A stretch of 49,219 nt of DNA from a virus (Duplodnaviria; Caudoviricetes), in the IMG/VR virus record IMGVR_UViG_3300036805_000110, positions 1 through 49,219 of that record; one strand, 5' to 3'. The notes below the pieces were generated by a model, which saw nothing but the letters and a program-made list of their open reading frames with translations, was not told the DNA's origin and made no database searches. A program made the translations under genes and the position numbers. Below, piece by piece: positions 35,289 through 44,279 of the stretch. Position 1 is the first letter of the stretch; every line of letters starts with the position of its first letter.

Positions 35289-37075
35289 GCTGACCCCTCC
35301 TCCAGCACGGACGCCGAGCGCCCCTCGTTCCACTTCTTGATGTCTTCCCACCGGTACAGGCTGGGCTTGCCCGGCCCCGACGACACCGGGTCCGGGAACC
35401 GAGCGTCACGATCCCGGCCGTTGCGTAGCGTCTTGATGTTCAACGCCAGGCGCTCCGAAGCGTCCGCGAGGCTGATCGCTTCCGAAGGCGGAGGAGGCAC
35501 GATCGCCAGGTGAGGCAGGTGCGTCTCACCGTCGTGTGTTTCCCCAGGATGAGGTACCTCAGCGGTGCCCCGACCATAGGGTGATCCACTTGCTGCCTCG
35601 GCTGCCTCACCGGCCGGAAACATGGTCACGGTGCCGCTCAGCGCGTAGTCCAGGGCGTCCTGCTCGTCAGCCCACAGCACCTGCACCGGTGTCGCCTCGT
35701 CGCCCACCGCGACGTACACGCGACCAAGGTGGTTGGTGTACCGAGGGTAACGGCCACCGCGCTTGCACTCCGGCGCCAACATGTTCCACGTTGACGTCGT
35801 CGCCCGACCCAGCACACGGGTCGACATGTTCTCTCGAGCGGCTGTGCCACCGATGGCCTGACAGGTCAGCTTCTGGCCGATCGGGATCACGTGGACCCGA
35901 CCCTGCCGGCCCATCGCCATCGCCCGACCCAACGCGACCATCGACGGTGGCTTGAGCGGCATACCCGTCGCCCGACGTGCCTTCCACCACTTGTTCAGGT
36001 CATCCTCAAGGGTGTTCAGCTCCTCAGCGATGACCATGATCCGGGGGCCGACCAGCGCGGCATCCACTTCACCCCGAATGTTGGCGTGGCGCTTGATCTG
36101 AACGAACCGCCGGTCCACCTCATCGGACAGCCACATCAAGGCGTTGTGGATCTCCTCCTCGGAGCAGGCGTAAAGAACACCGGGGTGGTGCCGGCACCAC
36201 GCATGGGACACCTGCTTGCGGTCCAGCACGATCAGGACCCCACCCCACCACAGGTGCTGCATCATGATCGACCGTGCCGCTGTGGACTTCCCGGCGTTGG
36301 TGGCCATCGAGAACCCCACGTGGGGTGCCTGGGCGTCGAGGTCCAACCCGTACGGGACGTCCCGTGGGGCAAGACCCAGGACCGGTCGGCCTTCCTTCGC
36401 TGCGTCGATCATCGCCCGTACCACCGGGTCGGTGAACCGCACCACCTCCCGTGGTGCGGGTGCGGGACGCAGCTCAACGAAGGGGCGCTCCCCCACCAAA
36501 TCGAACGTCGCTGTGGGGTTGTGCAGCCCGATCTTGCGCCCCACCAGCCGGACCAGGGCCTTCTCCTGCGCCTCGTTGGGGTTGTACAGCTTGGGCAGGT
36601 CAATGACGGTGGGACGGTCATCCACGTCAACGGGTACGTGGATGAACGCACGCGGGTCCAGGGTGTATTTGGCGTCGCCGAAGTGCGCGGCCAGGACCTC
36701 ACCCAGTGGGGCGATCAGTTCCCGCCGGTGGACGTAGCGGCGTCCCTTCTCCCAGGTGACCCACCCACCGATGGCCAACCCGACCCACACCAGTACCCGC
36801 AGGGTCGCGTCGGTGGCAGCCGGGTTGATGATCGCGCCGTACACGGCGAGGATCAGGCCGGTCAGGGCCAGCATCCGTGTCCCGGACCGGCGGCGCTGTG
36901 GGTAGTGGGCCCACCGGGACGCGTACCCGTGGGGCGTCAACGGTTGGGTGCCGGGCTTGGCCCACCGGTGGTCTGTGCGTCGTTTCCCGTCGAGGTCACG
37001 TCCGGCCAGTAACCGGCCGCTGATGCGCGCGACCTTGAAAGCCTTCTGTGTCTTGGTTGTGGCGGTGGCGGCCAC
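35285..37075 (-). CDS. FtsK/SpoIIIE-type ATPase (TraB-like DNA translocase) with N-terminal TMs and C-terminal HTH
   Basis: Two TMs, Walker A-like ATNAGKST, DRK, Walker B-like VIAEE, MGRQGRVH.. motif, C-terminal SLADASERL helix-turn-helix. AGGAGG RBS. Confidence 0.8.
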   Translation of the reverse strand: MAATATTKTQKAFKVARISGRLLAGRDLDGKRRTDHRWAKPGTQPLTPHGYASRWAHYPQRRRSGTRMLALTGLILAVYGAIINPAATDATLRVLVWVGLAIGGWVTWEKGRRYVHRRELIAPLGEVLAAHFGDAKYTLDPRAFIHVPVDVDDRPTVIDLPKLYNPNEAQEKALVRLVGRKIGLHNPTATFDLVGERPFVELRPAPAPREVVRFTDPVVRAMIDAAKEGRPVLGLAPRDVPYGLDLDAQAPHVGFSMATNAGKSTAARSIMMQHLWWGGVLIVLDRKQVSHAWCRHHPGVLYACSEEEIHNALMWLSDEVDRRFVQIKRHANIRGEVDAALVGPRIMVIAEELNTLEDDLNKWWKARRATGMPLKPPSMVALGRAMAMGRQGRVHVIPIGQKLTCQAIGGTAARENMSTRVLGRATTSTWNMLAPECKRGGRYPRYTNHLGRVYVAVGDEATPVQVLWADEQDALDYALSGTVTMFPAGEAAEAASGSPYGRGTAEVPHPGETHDGETHLPHLAIVPPPPSEAISLADASERLALNIKTLRNGRDRDARFPDPVSSGPGKPSLYRWEDIKKWNEGRSASVLEEGSA

Positions 37076-37243
37076 TGTCCTACCTCCTATCACTGGACCG
37101 GTGCGCCCGCCGCCGCGCTGGTCACGATGTTTTGGCCACGTAAAGGGCCCCTGCGAAGATCAGCAAGAAGATGGGGTGGGCGACCGCCACGCTTGTCAGC
37201 GCCCCGATTGCGGTCGCCGCCCCTGTCAACCATTGGTCTGTTG

Positions 37244-37453
37244 TCACCTAGAGAGCCAGTTGAGGATCCCGTTCACGCCCTTCGCGGCGCTCGCTGCTTT
37301 GCCGCTGCCCTTGCTCTTGTTCTTGTTGTCGCTGTCCTTGATCTGTGCCGCGACGTGCTTATCGGGATCGTATTTCCCGTTCTGTGCGGCTGCGCCGCCC
37401 ACGTAGCGGTCCTCGTGCCCGTAGTCGCCAGTCAAAAGTCCCATGACTATCAC
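37244..37453 (-). CDS. Small hypothetical protein
   Basis: GAGGAG RBS. Confidence 0.5.
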   Translation of the reverse strand: MIVMGLLTGDYGHEDRYVGGAAAQNGKYDPDKHVAAQIKDSDNKNKSKGSGKAASAAKGVNGILNWLSR

Positions 37454-37508
37454 TCCTCATTTCCGTTGGTTTACTTGCCGAATAGATCGTCTAGTGCTCC
37501 AATCACAT

Positions 37509-38009
37509 TCACCCCCTACATCCACCGCAGTGGATTCCGGCGCATCCTTTGCCGCCACCTTTGAGTAACGCCAGCAAGAACACCAACCCCGCCAGGGTCG
37601 CTATCCCGGTAATGCTGGAAGCGATAGCGGTGCTGTGCACACCGAACCAATCGAATGCAGCGGCGATACCTAGATAGATGTGATAGATGACCCACAACGC
37701 CCCGCCACCGAGGCTGGCGTACAGCAGATACCGCAGCACCATCAGCGACGCGATGAAGTAGTCACCGATCTCCCACTGCTCCCGGTCGTATTCCGGGCCG
37801 ACCGGCAGGATCGGTGTCCCAACCAGCAGGTGTATCCGTGCCCGCTCCTCACCGGGTACGACGGGGTCCAGGCGCTCCACGCTCACCAGCGCGCCCATCT
37901 CCTGATACCGGGCGATGGTGTACAGCACGTCAGCGGACCGACCCACCACCTCGTGGAAGATCGGTGGCATCACGGCCTGGGTGCGGGTCGCGGGTGCGTT
38001 GGTGGTCAC
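37509..38009 (-). CDS. Membrane protein with C-terminal CxGxHCxGC motif
   Basis: Two TMs, GGAGG RBS, GTGA overlap. Confidence 0.65.
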   Translation of the reverse strand: MTTNAPATRTQAVMPPIFHEVVGRSADVLYTIARYQEMGALVSVERLDPVVPGEERARIHLLVGTPILPVGPEYDREQWEIGDYFIASLMVLRYLLYASLGGGALWVIYHIYLGIAAAFDWFGVHSTAIASSITGIATLAGLVFLLALLKGGGKGCAGIHCGGCRG

Positions 38010-38806
38010 GCCACTGCCTCCAAGGTGTTGGCGTCAACAGCCGCCAGGCGACGGGCAACCCGGTCGGTGACACCCAGCTCGGCCATCAGGACCCGGCGGC
38101 CGGCACGGGGCAGGCCCTTGGCGTCCCGGTCCCGGTGCAGCGCCCGTACCCGTGCGATCAGGTCGGTGTCAACGTCCTGGGTGGGGTGGGGTGCTGCTGG
38201 TGGGGCGGTCCGCTTGGTGGGTTGCGCCGGGGGAACGGGCGCGGGTTGGGTCACCATCTCCTGGGTGGGACGCTGCGCCGATGCGATTGGTACAGCGGGT
38301 GGCGGTAGTGGTGCTGGTGCTGGGAACGCTGGCGCTGGTGCTGGGACTGGAGTGGGTACTGGTTGGGTCGCTGCCCTAGCGGCGTCCCGCGCCACGGCCT
38401 CAACGTCGCGGCGCATCGCGGTGAACTTGAGCAACACGTCCTGCCCGTACTCGGTGAGCACCACCAGCAGGATCACCAGGAACGAGTGGAAGAACGCCAT
38501 CAGGTAGTGGCCGTCCCGTAGCGCGATCGCGGTGTTGATGACCAGCGACATGCCAGCGGTTGTCAAGCGCAGCGCGCGACCCCAGTTGCTGGACAGCCCG
38601 TGGGCGTACAGCCGCCGGTCACCGATCAGTGCGACGCACAAACCGATGTCCACCGCGAGACCGGTCGCCAACCCCAGTGCCCGGTTATCACCGAGTGCCC
38701 CGTACGCCAGGAAGGCGTTAATCGCGCTTCCGCCCATGACGACTAAGGCGCAACCCCACGTCCCGGCGACGATGGCCTTCGCGGTGCGTTCCGCGTCTTG
38801 CCTCAC
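38006..38806 (-). CDS. Multi-TM protein, SpdA/DUF2637-like, with Pro-rich linker and C-terminal HTH
   Basis: Four TMs, Pro/Ala linker, GRRVLMAELGVTDRVARRL terminus. This architecture is typical of actinomycete plasmid spread proteins. Confidence 0.6.
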   Translation of the reverse strand: MRQDAERTAKAIVAGTWGCALVVMGGSAINAFLAYGALGDNRALGLATGLAVDIGLCVALIGDRRLYAHGLSSNWGRALRLTTAGMSLVINTAIALRDGHYLMAFFHSFLVILLVVLTEYGQDVLLKFTAMRRDVEAVARDAARAATQPVPTPVPAPAPAFPAPAPLPPPAVPIASAQRPTQEMVTQPAPVPPAQPTKRTAPPAAPHPTQDVDTDLIARVRALHRDRDAKGLPRAGRRVLMAELGVTDRVARRLAAVDANTLEAVA

Positions 38807-38839
38807 TGCGCTTCCCCTCCCTGACTGGATTGGTTGTGC

Positions 38840-38937
38840 CGACCGGTCGGACCTCCGTTGACATCCCGACCGGTCAGCACTTGCCAGTAACGTTACTACG
38901 GGTTGTTCCGTTGTGTAACGGAAGGGTTCACGTTACA
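38840..38937. promoter_or_regulatory. Divergent control region with multiple inverted repeats
   Basis: GACCGGTCGG/CCGACCGGTC flanking TTGACA, perfect palindrome AGTAACGTTACT (38886-38897), TGTAACG/CGTTACA (38914-38937). Confidence 0.6.
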
Positions 38938-38968
38938 TAGTTTCATCTACATATGGGAGACTCAGAAC

Positions 38969-39817
38969 GTGACAGCACCTATCGGACCTACAGTGCGGCG
39001 CCATCAACTCGCCCATGCCCTGCGTCAGCTCCGGCTTGCCGTGAAGTGCTCGGTGATGGACGCGGCCCATGCGTTGCGGTGTTCCCGACCGAAAATCCAG
39101 CACCTGGAGTCCGGCCGGAACCTGCCCAGCTACCCCGACCTGGAAAGCCTGCTTCGCAGGTATGACCGGGTGGATCTGTTGGATGAGCTGGATGAGCTTC
39201 GGGTGGCAGCGGAGGAACGCGGGTGGTGGACTACCTACCGTTTGCCACCGTGGTTGCAGGCGTATGTCGGTCTGGAAACCGACGCCGTGGCGGTGCGGTG
39301 TTTCGCGCTGGAGTTGGTGCCCGGCCTGGTGCAGACACCTGATTACGCGCGGGACACCTTGATGAGGTGGGGCGCGAAGAACGGCGACCTGGACCGTGGA
39401 GTGCGGGTGCGGATGGAACGCCAGCGTCGCCTGGACGTGGACCTCGCCCTGTCTGTGGTGATGTCGGAGGCGCTGCTGTGGCGCACGTTCCACATGGGCG
39501 AGGTTGGTGCCGGGCAGTTGAGCCACATGGCGGGGGTCGCCAGCAGGAAAGGCGATGGTGGGGTCACGCTGTACGTGCTGCCGTTCGCTGCCGGTGGGCA
39601 CCGCTCGATGTCGGGTTCGTTCACGCTGATGGACTTCCCTGCCGGCGCGTTGCCGACCGTGGCTTACCAGGAGTACGCAGTCGGTGGGCACCTGGTTGAT
39701 GAGCCGGACTCGGTGTTGAAGCTGACAGGGCTGTTTGACGATTTGAGGCGGCAGGCCCTGGACTCGGAGGCCAGCTTGGCGCTCATCACGGATTTCGCCA
39801 CCAGGGCGAATAGATAG
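38969..39817 (+). CDS. XRE-family HTH regulator with DUF5753 domain
   Basis: RRHQLAHALRQLR...KIQHLESGR, GWW, LVPGLVQTPDYAR, ALDSEASLALI. Confidence 0.9.
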   Translation: MTAPIGPTVRRHQLAHALRQLRLAVKCSVMDAAHALRCSRPKIQHLESGRNLPSYPDLESLLRRYDRVDLLDELDELRVAAEERGWWTTYRLPPWLQAYVGLETDAVAVRCFALELVPGLVQTPDYARDTLMRWGAKNGDLDRGVRVRMERQRRLDVDLALSVVMSEALLWRTFHMGEVGAGQLSHMAGVASRKGDGGVTLYVLPFAAGGHRSMSGSFTLMDFPAGALPTVAYQEYAVGGHLVDEPDSVLKLTGLFDDLRRQALDSEASLALITDFATRANR

Positions 39818-39825
39818 GAGAGGTC

Positions 39826-40029
39826 ATGGATGCCGGAGTAGAGATCGGCCGGTGGCAGAAGCCGGGCTTCTGTGAGAGCGCCAACGACTGTGTGGAGGTC
39901 GCCAAGGTCGCGGGGGGTGGCCGGTTGGTGCGTAATTCCAGCCTTGGCGATGCCGGTCCTGTGGTGGCGTTTACTGAGTCGGAGTGGTCGGCGTTCATCG
40001 GTAGCGCGAAGGTTGGCGAGTTCGACTAG
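39826..40029 (+). CDS. DUF397 protein
   Basis: WQK...C..ANDCVEVA...VRNS...FTESEWSAFIGSAKVGEFD. Confidence 0.9.
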   Translation: MDAGVEIGRWQKPGFCESANDCVEVAKVAGGGRLVRNSSLGDAGPVVAFTESEWSAFIGSAKVGEFD

Positions 40030-40136
40030 GCGACCGGGTCCCCCTGCCGCCCGTTCTTGATCGGGGTTGTGGGGGCCTCTCGGACGGGTGGGGTTCCCTC
40101 GGTTGACGCGGACCGGGGGGACCCCACATCTATGTA

Positions 40137-40164
40137 TTGACAACGACCGGCCCGTGGGTAGGAT
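40137..40164 (+). promoter_or_regulatory. SigA-like promoter TTGACA-N16-TAGGAT (motif copy A)
   Basis: TTGACA ac GACC ggcccgt GGG TAGGAT. Confidence 0.75.
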
Positions 40165-40204
40165 TGGGTTAGTGCCTGACGGGGCCGCTGACACGGAGGA
40201 CAAC

Positions 40205-40417
40205 ATGGATTACCACGACTCCCTGACCGGGTTGGACCACCGGTACGAGCGGTTCCTTTCCCACTACTGCTCGATCCACAACCAGGTGTGTGACCCGTGG
40301 TACCCGGTCACCCCGGCCATGATCCGCGACAAGGCAGCCAAGGACACGAACCTGTCCGATGGGGCATACGTCGCACTGTCGGAGGCGTTGCGCGGCGACG
40401 ACACCACTGGAGGCTGA
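40205..40417 (+). CDS. Hypothetical protein
   Basis: GACACGGAGG at 40190-40199. Confidence 0.65.
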   Translation: MDYHDSLTGLDHRYERFLSHYCSIHNQVCDPWYPVTPAMIRDKAAKDTNLSDGAYVALSEALRGDDTTGG

Positions 40418-40418
40418 C

Positions 40419-40604
40419 ATGCAGGACCTGTTTGAAGAGATCATCGATCGCGTCGAGTACGACTTCCGCGAGGACGACGACGAGATCCAGGGAAACTGGG
40501 ACATCACCAGGTCCGGCAACATCTTGACCATCAAGTACTTGCCGTATGACGTCTCGCCGTTCCCCGAGGCCACCATGGTCTACCGGGTGGAGCGCATCAG
40601 TTAG
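40419..40604 (+). CDS. Small acidic hypothetical protein
   Basis: GGAGG RBS before ATG 40419. Confidence 0.6.
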   Translation: MQDLFEEIIDRVEYDFREDDDEIQGNWDITRSGNILTIKYLPYDVSPFPEATMVYRVERIS

Positions 40605-40606
40605 CT

Positions 40607-40633
40607 GTAACGGGCACCGGCCGCGTGGCGATA
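40607..40633 (+). promoter_or_regulatory. GTAAC-N17-CGATA motif, copy 5
   Basis: GTAAC 40607-40611 and CGAT 40629-40632. Confidence 0.7.
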
Positions 40634-40675
40634 AACCGAGTGACAGCCAAACAGCACGGACCGAGGGAGCCAGCG

Positions 40676-41614
40676 ATGAGCGCGACACGCACCGACATTC
40701 ACAGGCCAAGCGCACCGACGTTCGACCCCGAGGCTTACGACTGCCAGGGTGTCTTCGACCTGAACCCAGAGTGGGGCGACAACGGGGACAGGATTCGGAC
40801 GGTCAACCGGATGATCCAGGAGGGTTACCGGTTTGCTTCCCACCAGGCCGGTGGCCAGTGCGGGCACTGTGGGGCGCGCCTGCGGTACGTGGCGCTGCTG
40901 ACCTACGACCCGAGCATGGAAATGATCTGGGTGGGGGAGACGTGCCTGTCGGGGCGTTTCGAGTCGCTGACTAAGGCCCAGTTCGATCAGCTCCGCAAGA
41001 CCGCGAAGCTGGATCGGGAACGTCAGGCACGGATCGCGGCTTTCCAGGAGCTGTGCCAGGACTGCCCGGCGCTGGTGTGGGCGACCTACGCGCACAACAT
41101 TGGGGTAGCCGGGCTGGGTGACCACCGGGCCGACCTGCCGGCGCTGGAGCAGACATGGGGTCAGCGCAACGACAAGAGCTGGGCGATCGGTGTGCTGGAT
41201 GACATCGCCAACAGCGCCAACCGGTACGGGAACCTGACGGTCAAGCAAGCGGAGCTGATCGAGCGCCTGGTGGGGGAGCTGGAGACCGCAGAGGAGGCCA
41301 CCGGGGCGCGGTCAGCGGCCAAGGCACTGGAGGAGGCCAACGCTAAGCCAGTCCCCACGGGCAGGTTCGTGATCGAGGGTGAGGTCCTGACGGTCAAGCC
41401 TCAGGTCAACGACTTCGACCCCTTCGGTGGGTCGGTGTTGAAGATGTTGGTGGCCGGTGACGGGTGGAAGGTGTGGGGCACTGTCCCGGCCGCTATCGAC
41501 GGCGTGGACCGGGGTGACCGGGTGAGGTTCACCGCGACGGTCAAGCCGAAGGAAGGAGACGAAACGTTCGGGTACTACTCCCGGCCGAGCAAGGCCGAGG
41601 TGCTGGTGAAGTAA
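40676..41614 (+). CDS. Hypothetical protein with CxxC motif and C-terminal OB-fold-like domain
   Basis: CGHC...VGETC and IEGEVL...KVWGT...GDRVRFTATV...RPSK. Confidence 0.7.
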   Translation: MSATRTDIHRPSAPTFDPEAYDCQGVFDLNPEWGDNGDRIRTVNRMIQEGYRFASHQAGGQCGHCGARLRYVALLTYDPSMEMIWVGETCLSGRFESLTKAQFDQLRKTAKLDRERQARIAAFQELCQDCPALVWATYAHNIGVAGLGDHRADLPALEQTWGQRNDKSWAIGVLDDIANSANRYGNLTVKQAELIERLVGELETAEEATGARSAAKALEEANAKPVPTGRFVIEGEVLTVKPQVNDFDPFGGSVLKMLVAGDGWKVWGTVPAAIDGVDRGDRVRFTATVKPKEGDETFGYYSRPSKAEVLVK

Positions 41615-41670
41615 GCGGTTAGCGGTGGGGTGGCCGCCGGGTCACCCCCAAGACACGGGAGGCCAAGGAA

Positions 41671-41811
41671 ATGTTCAGCACAAGCTCGGAGGGGCGGGGT
41701 CCGTACGGCGCGGCGCACCGCCACGTCGGGGAAGACGCCGAGACGTTCATCGAGAGGTCCCTTGAGGAGGGGCACCAGCCGGACGCGGTGGCTTACCCAC
41801 AGGAGGACTAG
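41671..41811 (+). CDS. 46-aa hypothetical peptide
   Basis: Manual translation MFSTSSEGRGPYG...YPQED, preceded by GACACGGGAGG. Confidence 0.45.
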   Translation: MFSTSSEGRGPYGAAHRHVGEDAETFIERSLEEGHQPDAVAYPQED

Positions 41812-41822
41812 CGGACTGGGGT

Positions 41823-41849
41823 GTAACGGTGCGGGGCCCGGTGGCGATA
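41823..41849 (+). promoter_or_regulatory. GTAAC-N17-CGATA motif, copy 6
   Basis: GTAAC 41823-41827 and CGAT 41845-41848. Confidence 0.7.
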
Positions 41850-41865
41850 TACCCCATGTAAGGCG

Positions 41866-41893
41866 TTGACATTGACCGCCTACAGGGTAGGTT
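41866..41893 (+). promoter_or_regulatory. SigA-like promoter TTGACA-N16-TAGGTT (motif copy B)
   Basis: TTGACA tt GACC gcctaca GGG TAGGTT. Confidence 0.75.
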
Positions 41894-41937
41894 GAGGAGT
41901 GGGGCCGCCGGGCTCCGCACGACACGGAGGTACCGAG

Positions 41938-42759
41938 ATGGATCTCAAGACCGCGACACCGGTGGAGATTGACACTGAGCTGGCGCGCATCGGCACGGAG
42001 ATGGCGAAGCAGTACGCGGTCATTGACCGCGCGGAGAGCACCATCGCGATGGAGCGTAAGTACACGTCACCGGCGGGCACGGTGAACCAGCGCCGGATCG
42101 ACCAGTGCCAGGACCTGATCAACGCCGCCGGGTCGGAGTTGTCGCGGCTGATGGTGGAGCGGTCACCGTTTGAGGCTGAGTTCGTCGCCCGCGACGGGTG
42201 GACCCGGTACTACCTGGTGGACAACGACAACGGGCACGTCCACTACGACGCCAGCAACCGCCGGTGCTCCCGGACCCCGTCGACATCGCACATTTGGTTG
42301 GTTGACCAGTCAGGCCGGGAGCCGGAAGCGCTAGTCGAGGACGCCGGAGAACGGGCGTGCACCGTGTGTTTCCCGTGGGCTCCGCTGGAGACGTTGAAGC
42401 GGCCGACGATGTTTCACACACCGACCGAGCTGGAGAAGCTGGAGGCACGCAAGGTCCGGGAGCAGAGGGCAGCGGTGCGCGCAGCGAAGGCGATCACCAA
42501 CCCGGATGGCACGCCGTTGCGCAACGGTGGCCGCTATGGGGAGCGCATCAACAGCGTGGTGAGTGCGGAGCGCGCCGTGATCGACATCAGGGTGTGGGCC
42601 AAGATTTACCACCGGGCGTTGGACGCTGAGGAGCTGGCCGACATCGAGCGGATTTTGGTGGCGCTGGCACACAAGCGCGGTACTGACGTTGAGACCGAGC
42701 GCGCCGCGTTGGAAAGCCGGTACGTGGCCAAGTGCAAGCGGGAGGGTGTGACGCCGTGA
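41938..42759 (+). CDS. Hypothetical actinophage protein (putative metal-binding)
   Basis: GWTRYYLV...GHVH...CS...CTVCFPWAP. GACACGGAGG at 41921-41930. Confidence 0.75.
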   Translation: MDLKTATPVEIDTELARIGTEMAKQYAVIDRAESTIAMERKYTSPAGTVNQRRIDQCQDLINAAGSELSRLMVERSPFEAEFVARDGWTRYYLVDNDNGHVHYDASNRRCSRTPSTSHIWLVDQSGREPEALVEDAGERACTVCFPWAPLETLKRPTMFHTPTELEKLEARKVREQRAAVRAAKAITNPDGTPLRNGGRYGERINSVVSAERAVIDIRVWAKIYHRALDAEELADIERILVALAHKRGTDVETERAALESRYVAKCKREGVTP

Positions 42760-42944
42760 GCGCCGGTATTCCCTGCCAGGACCGGGCCGCGCACCGTTCG
42801 GCCTGGCAGGTTCAGGTGCGCAAGCGCGATTATCACGGCAAGTGGTCGGCTTACTCGCTGGTCAGGTGCACAGATCCTGGCTGTTGTGGACTGTGGCGCA
42901 CGAAAGCGGCGTACGTTGACGCACTTCCCGACCTAAAGGGTTGA
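42756..42944 (+). CDS. Small Cys-containing hypothetical protein
   Basis: GTGA overlap. YSLVRC...WRTKAAYVDALPD. Confidence 0.55.
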   Translation: MSAGIPCQDRAAHRSAWQVQVRKRDYHGKWSAYSLVRCTDPGCCGLWRTKAAYVDALPDLKG

Positions 42945-42968
42945 CACTGACCCGTCAGTGGGTAGGGT
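42941..42968 (+). promoter_or_regulatory. SigA-like promoter TTGACA-N16-TAGGGT (motif copy C)
   Basis: TTGACA ct GACC cgtcagt GGG TAGGGT. Confidence 0.75.
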
Positions 42969-43015
42969 TAAGGGTGTTGGTGCGACGGCCCAACAGGACA
43001 CGGAGGCACAGGATC

Positions 43016-43480
43016 ATGGACACGAATCTCCTCACCGAAGTTGAGGCAGCCGAAGTCGGACTGATCACCCTGGGATGCGACTCCTGCCGTCAGGCAGTCG
43101 GGCTGGCCCCAATCCACCCGGAGCGGATCGCGCCCGGCACCTGGTACTACTGCCCCACCTGCCACGCCCAGCGCAAGGTCAACGTGTGGAGCGACCGGCT
43201 CCCCCACCCCGTGGACGCGTTCTTCGGTCTGCTGTGGGTCGCCATCATGCTGGCCGGGCTGGTCGGAATCCTGTACCTGGTCACCCTCGACGCCGCGACC
43301 CGCTACGGCCACGATTACTTCAACCAGGGCCACTACCTCGCCACGGTGTTCGTGGGTGGGTTGTGCTGGCTGGTGGTGGCGAGCTTCGCGACCCGCGTTT
43401 ACGCCCTGGTGTTGGGTGCGCTCGGCTGGTCCTTGCGCGCGGTGTGGGACGCCGTCCGGCCAGTGGGGAGAGCAGCGTGA
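43016..43480 (+). CDS. Zn-ribbon plus 2-TM membrane protein
   Basis: CDSC...CPTC followed by hydrophobic helices. GACACGGAGG at 42997-43006. Confidence 0.7.
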   Translation: MDTNLLTEVEAAEVGLITLGCDSCRQAVGLAPIHPERIAPGTWYYCPTCHAQRKVNVWSDRLPHPVDAFFGLLWVAIMLAGLVGILYLVTLDAATRYGHDYFNQGHYLATVFVGGLCWLVVASFATRVYALVLGALGWSLRAVWDAVRPVGRAA

Positions 43481-43860
43481 TCGGTCTGCACGACCAGCAC
43501 AAGGCGCTGAGCAACTACGACTACCTGAACCGCTTCGGTGGCCGGTACCGGTTCGTGTGCGCCGGTCTGTACCGGGTCGCCAGGACCCTGGTGGTGTCCG
43601 TGCTGGACGACCACGGCGACATCCGGAAGGACCGGTCCGACGCGGAGCTGTTCGCTGCCGTCGCCGAGCACCATCCCGACTTCCAGCGTCAGGTCACGGA
43701 GCTGGACGCGCTCCGGCCGTTCCTGGTGCGCGGTGAGGTCGAGCCGTTCGACCCCAACGGCCCCGAGGCTCTACAGCGGGTCACACATCTGCGGTCAGCG
43801 GCCCACGATTTGCTGCTGCTGGCCATGACCGTCCGAGCGGACACGGAGGCACGACGATGA
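43477..43860 (+). CDS. Hypothetical protein
   Basis: GTG 43477 (MIGLHDQHK...), overlapping both neighbours. Confidence 0.6.
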   Translation: MIGLHDQHKALSNYDYLNRFGGRYRFVCAGLYRVARTLVVSVLDDHGDIRKDRSDAELFAAVAEHHPDFQRQVTELDALRPFLVRGEVEPFDPNGPEALQRVTHLRSAAHDLLLLAMTVRADTEARR

Positions 43861-44279
43861 ACACCAGACCGATCCAGTCGTACAACCATGGGCTGATCCG
43901 GGTGGTGGTCCATTCCTTCGGGTACCTCCACGAGCCGCCACCGGACGCCGACATCACCATCGACCTACGCCAGGTGGCGCGCGACCCACACACCACCCCG
44001 GAGATGCGTGAAATGACCGGGCTCGAGCTGGCTGTGAAACGTCAGATCCTGGCCAACCCCGACATCCTGAGCGTCCTGGCCGCGCTGGGTCAGCTCGTGC
44101 GCGCGTACCTGCCGAGTAAGGACGCTGCTGGGACCGTGGTGCGCGTGGCGATCGGGTGCGCCGGTGGCCGGCACCGGTCGGTTGTGGTGGCGAATGAGCT
44201 AGTGGCCCGGCTTGTCCGGGGTGATGTCGGTGCTGATGTGGAGCACCGGGACATCCTGCGCCCGGTGGTGATCCGGTGA
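43857..44279 (+). CDS. Stand-alone RapZ C-terminal-domain protein
   Basis: SFGYLH...DLR...DPH...TGL...AIGCAGGRHRSV...EHRDI signature. Confidence 0.85.
   Translation: MNTRPIQSYNHGLIRVVVHSFGYLHEPPPDADITIDLRQVARDPHTTPEMREMTGLELAVKRQILANPDILSVLAALGQLVRAYLPSKDAAGTVVRVAIGCAGGRHRSVVVANELVARLVRGDVGADVEHRDILRPVVIR

Noticed and set aside
35891-37012. 373-aa plus-strand ORF
   Set aside because: Antisense shadow of the FtsK-like gene.
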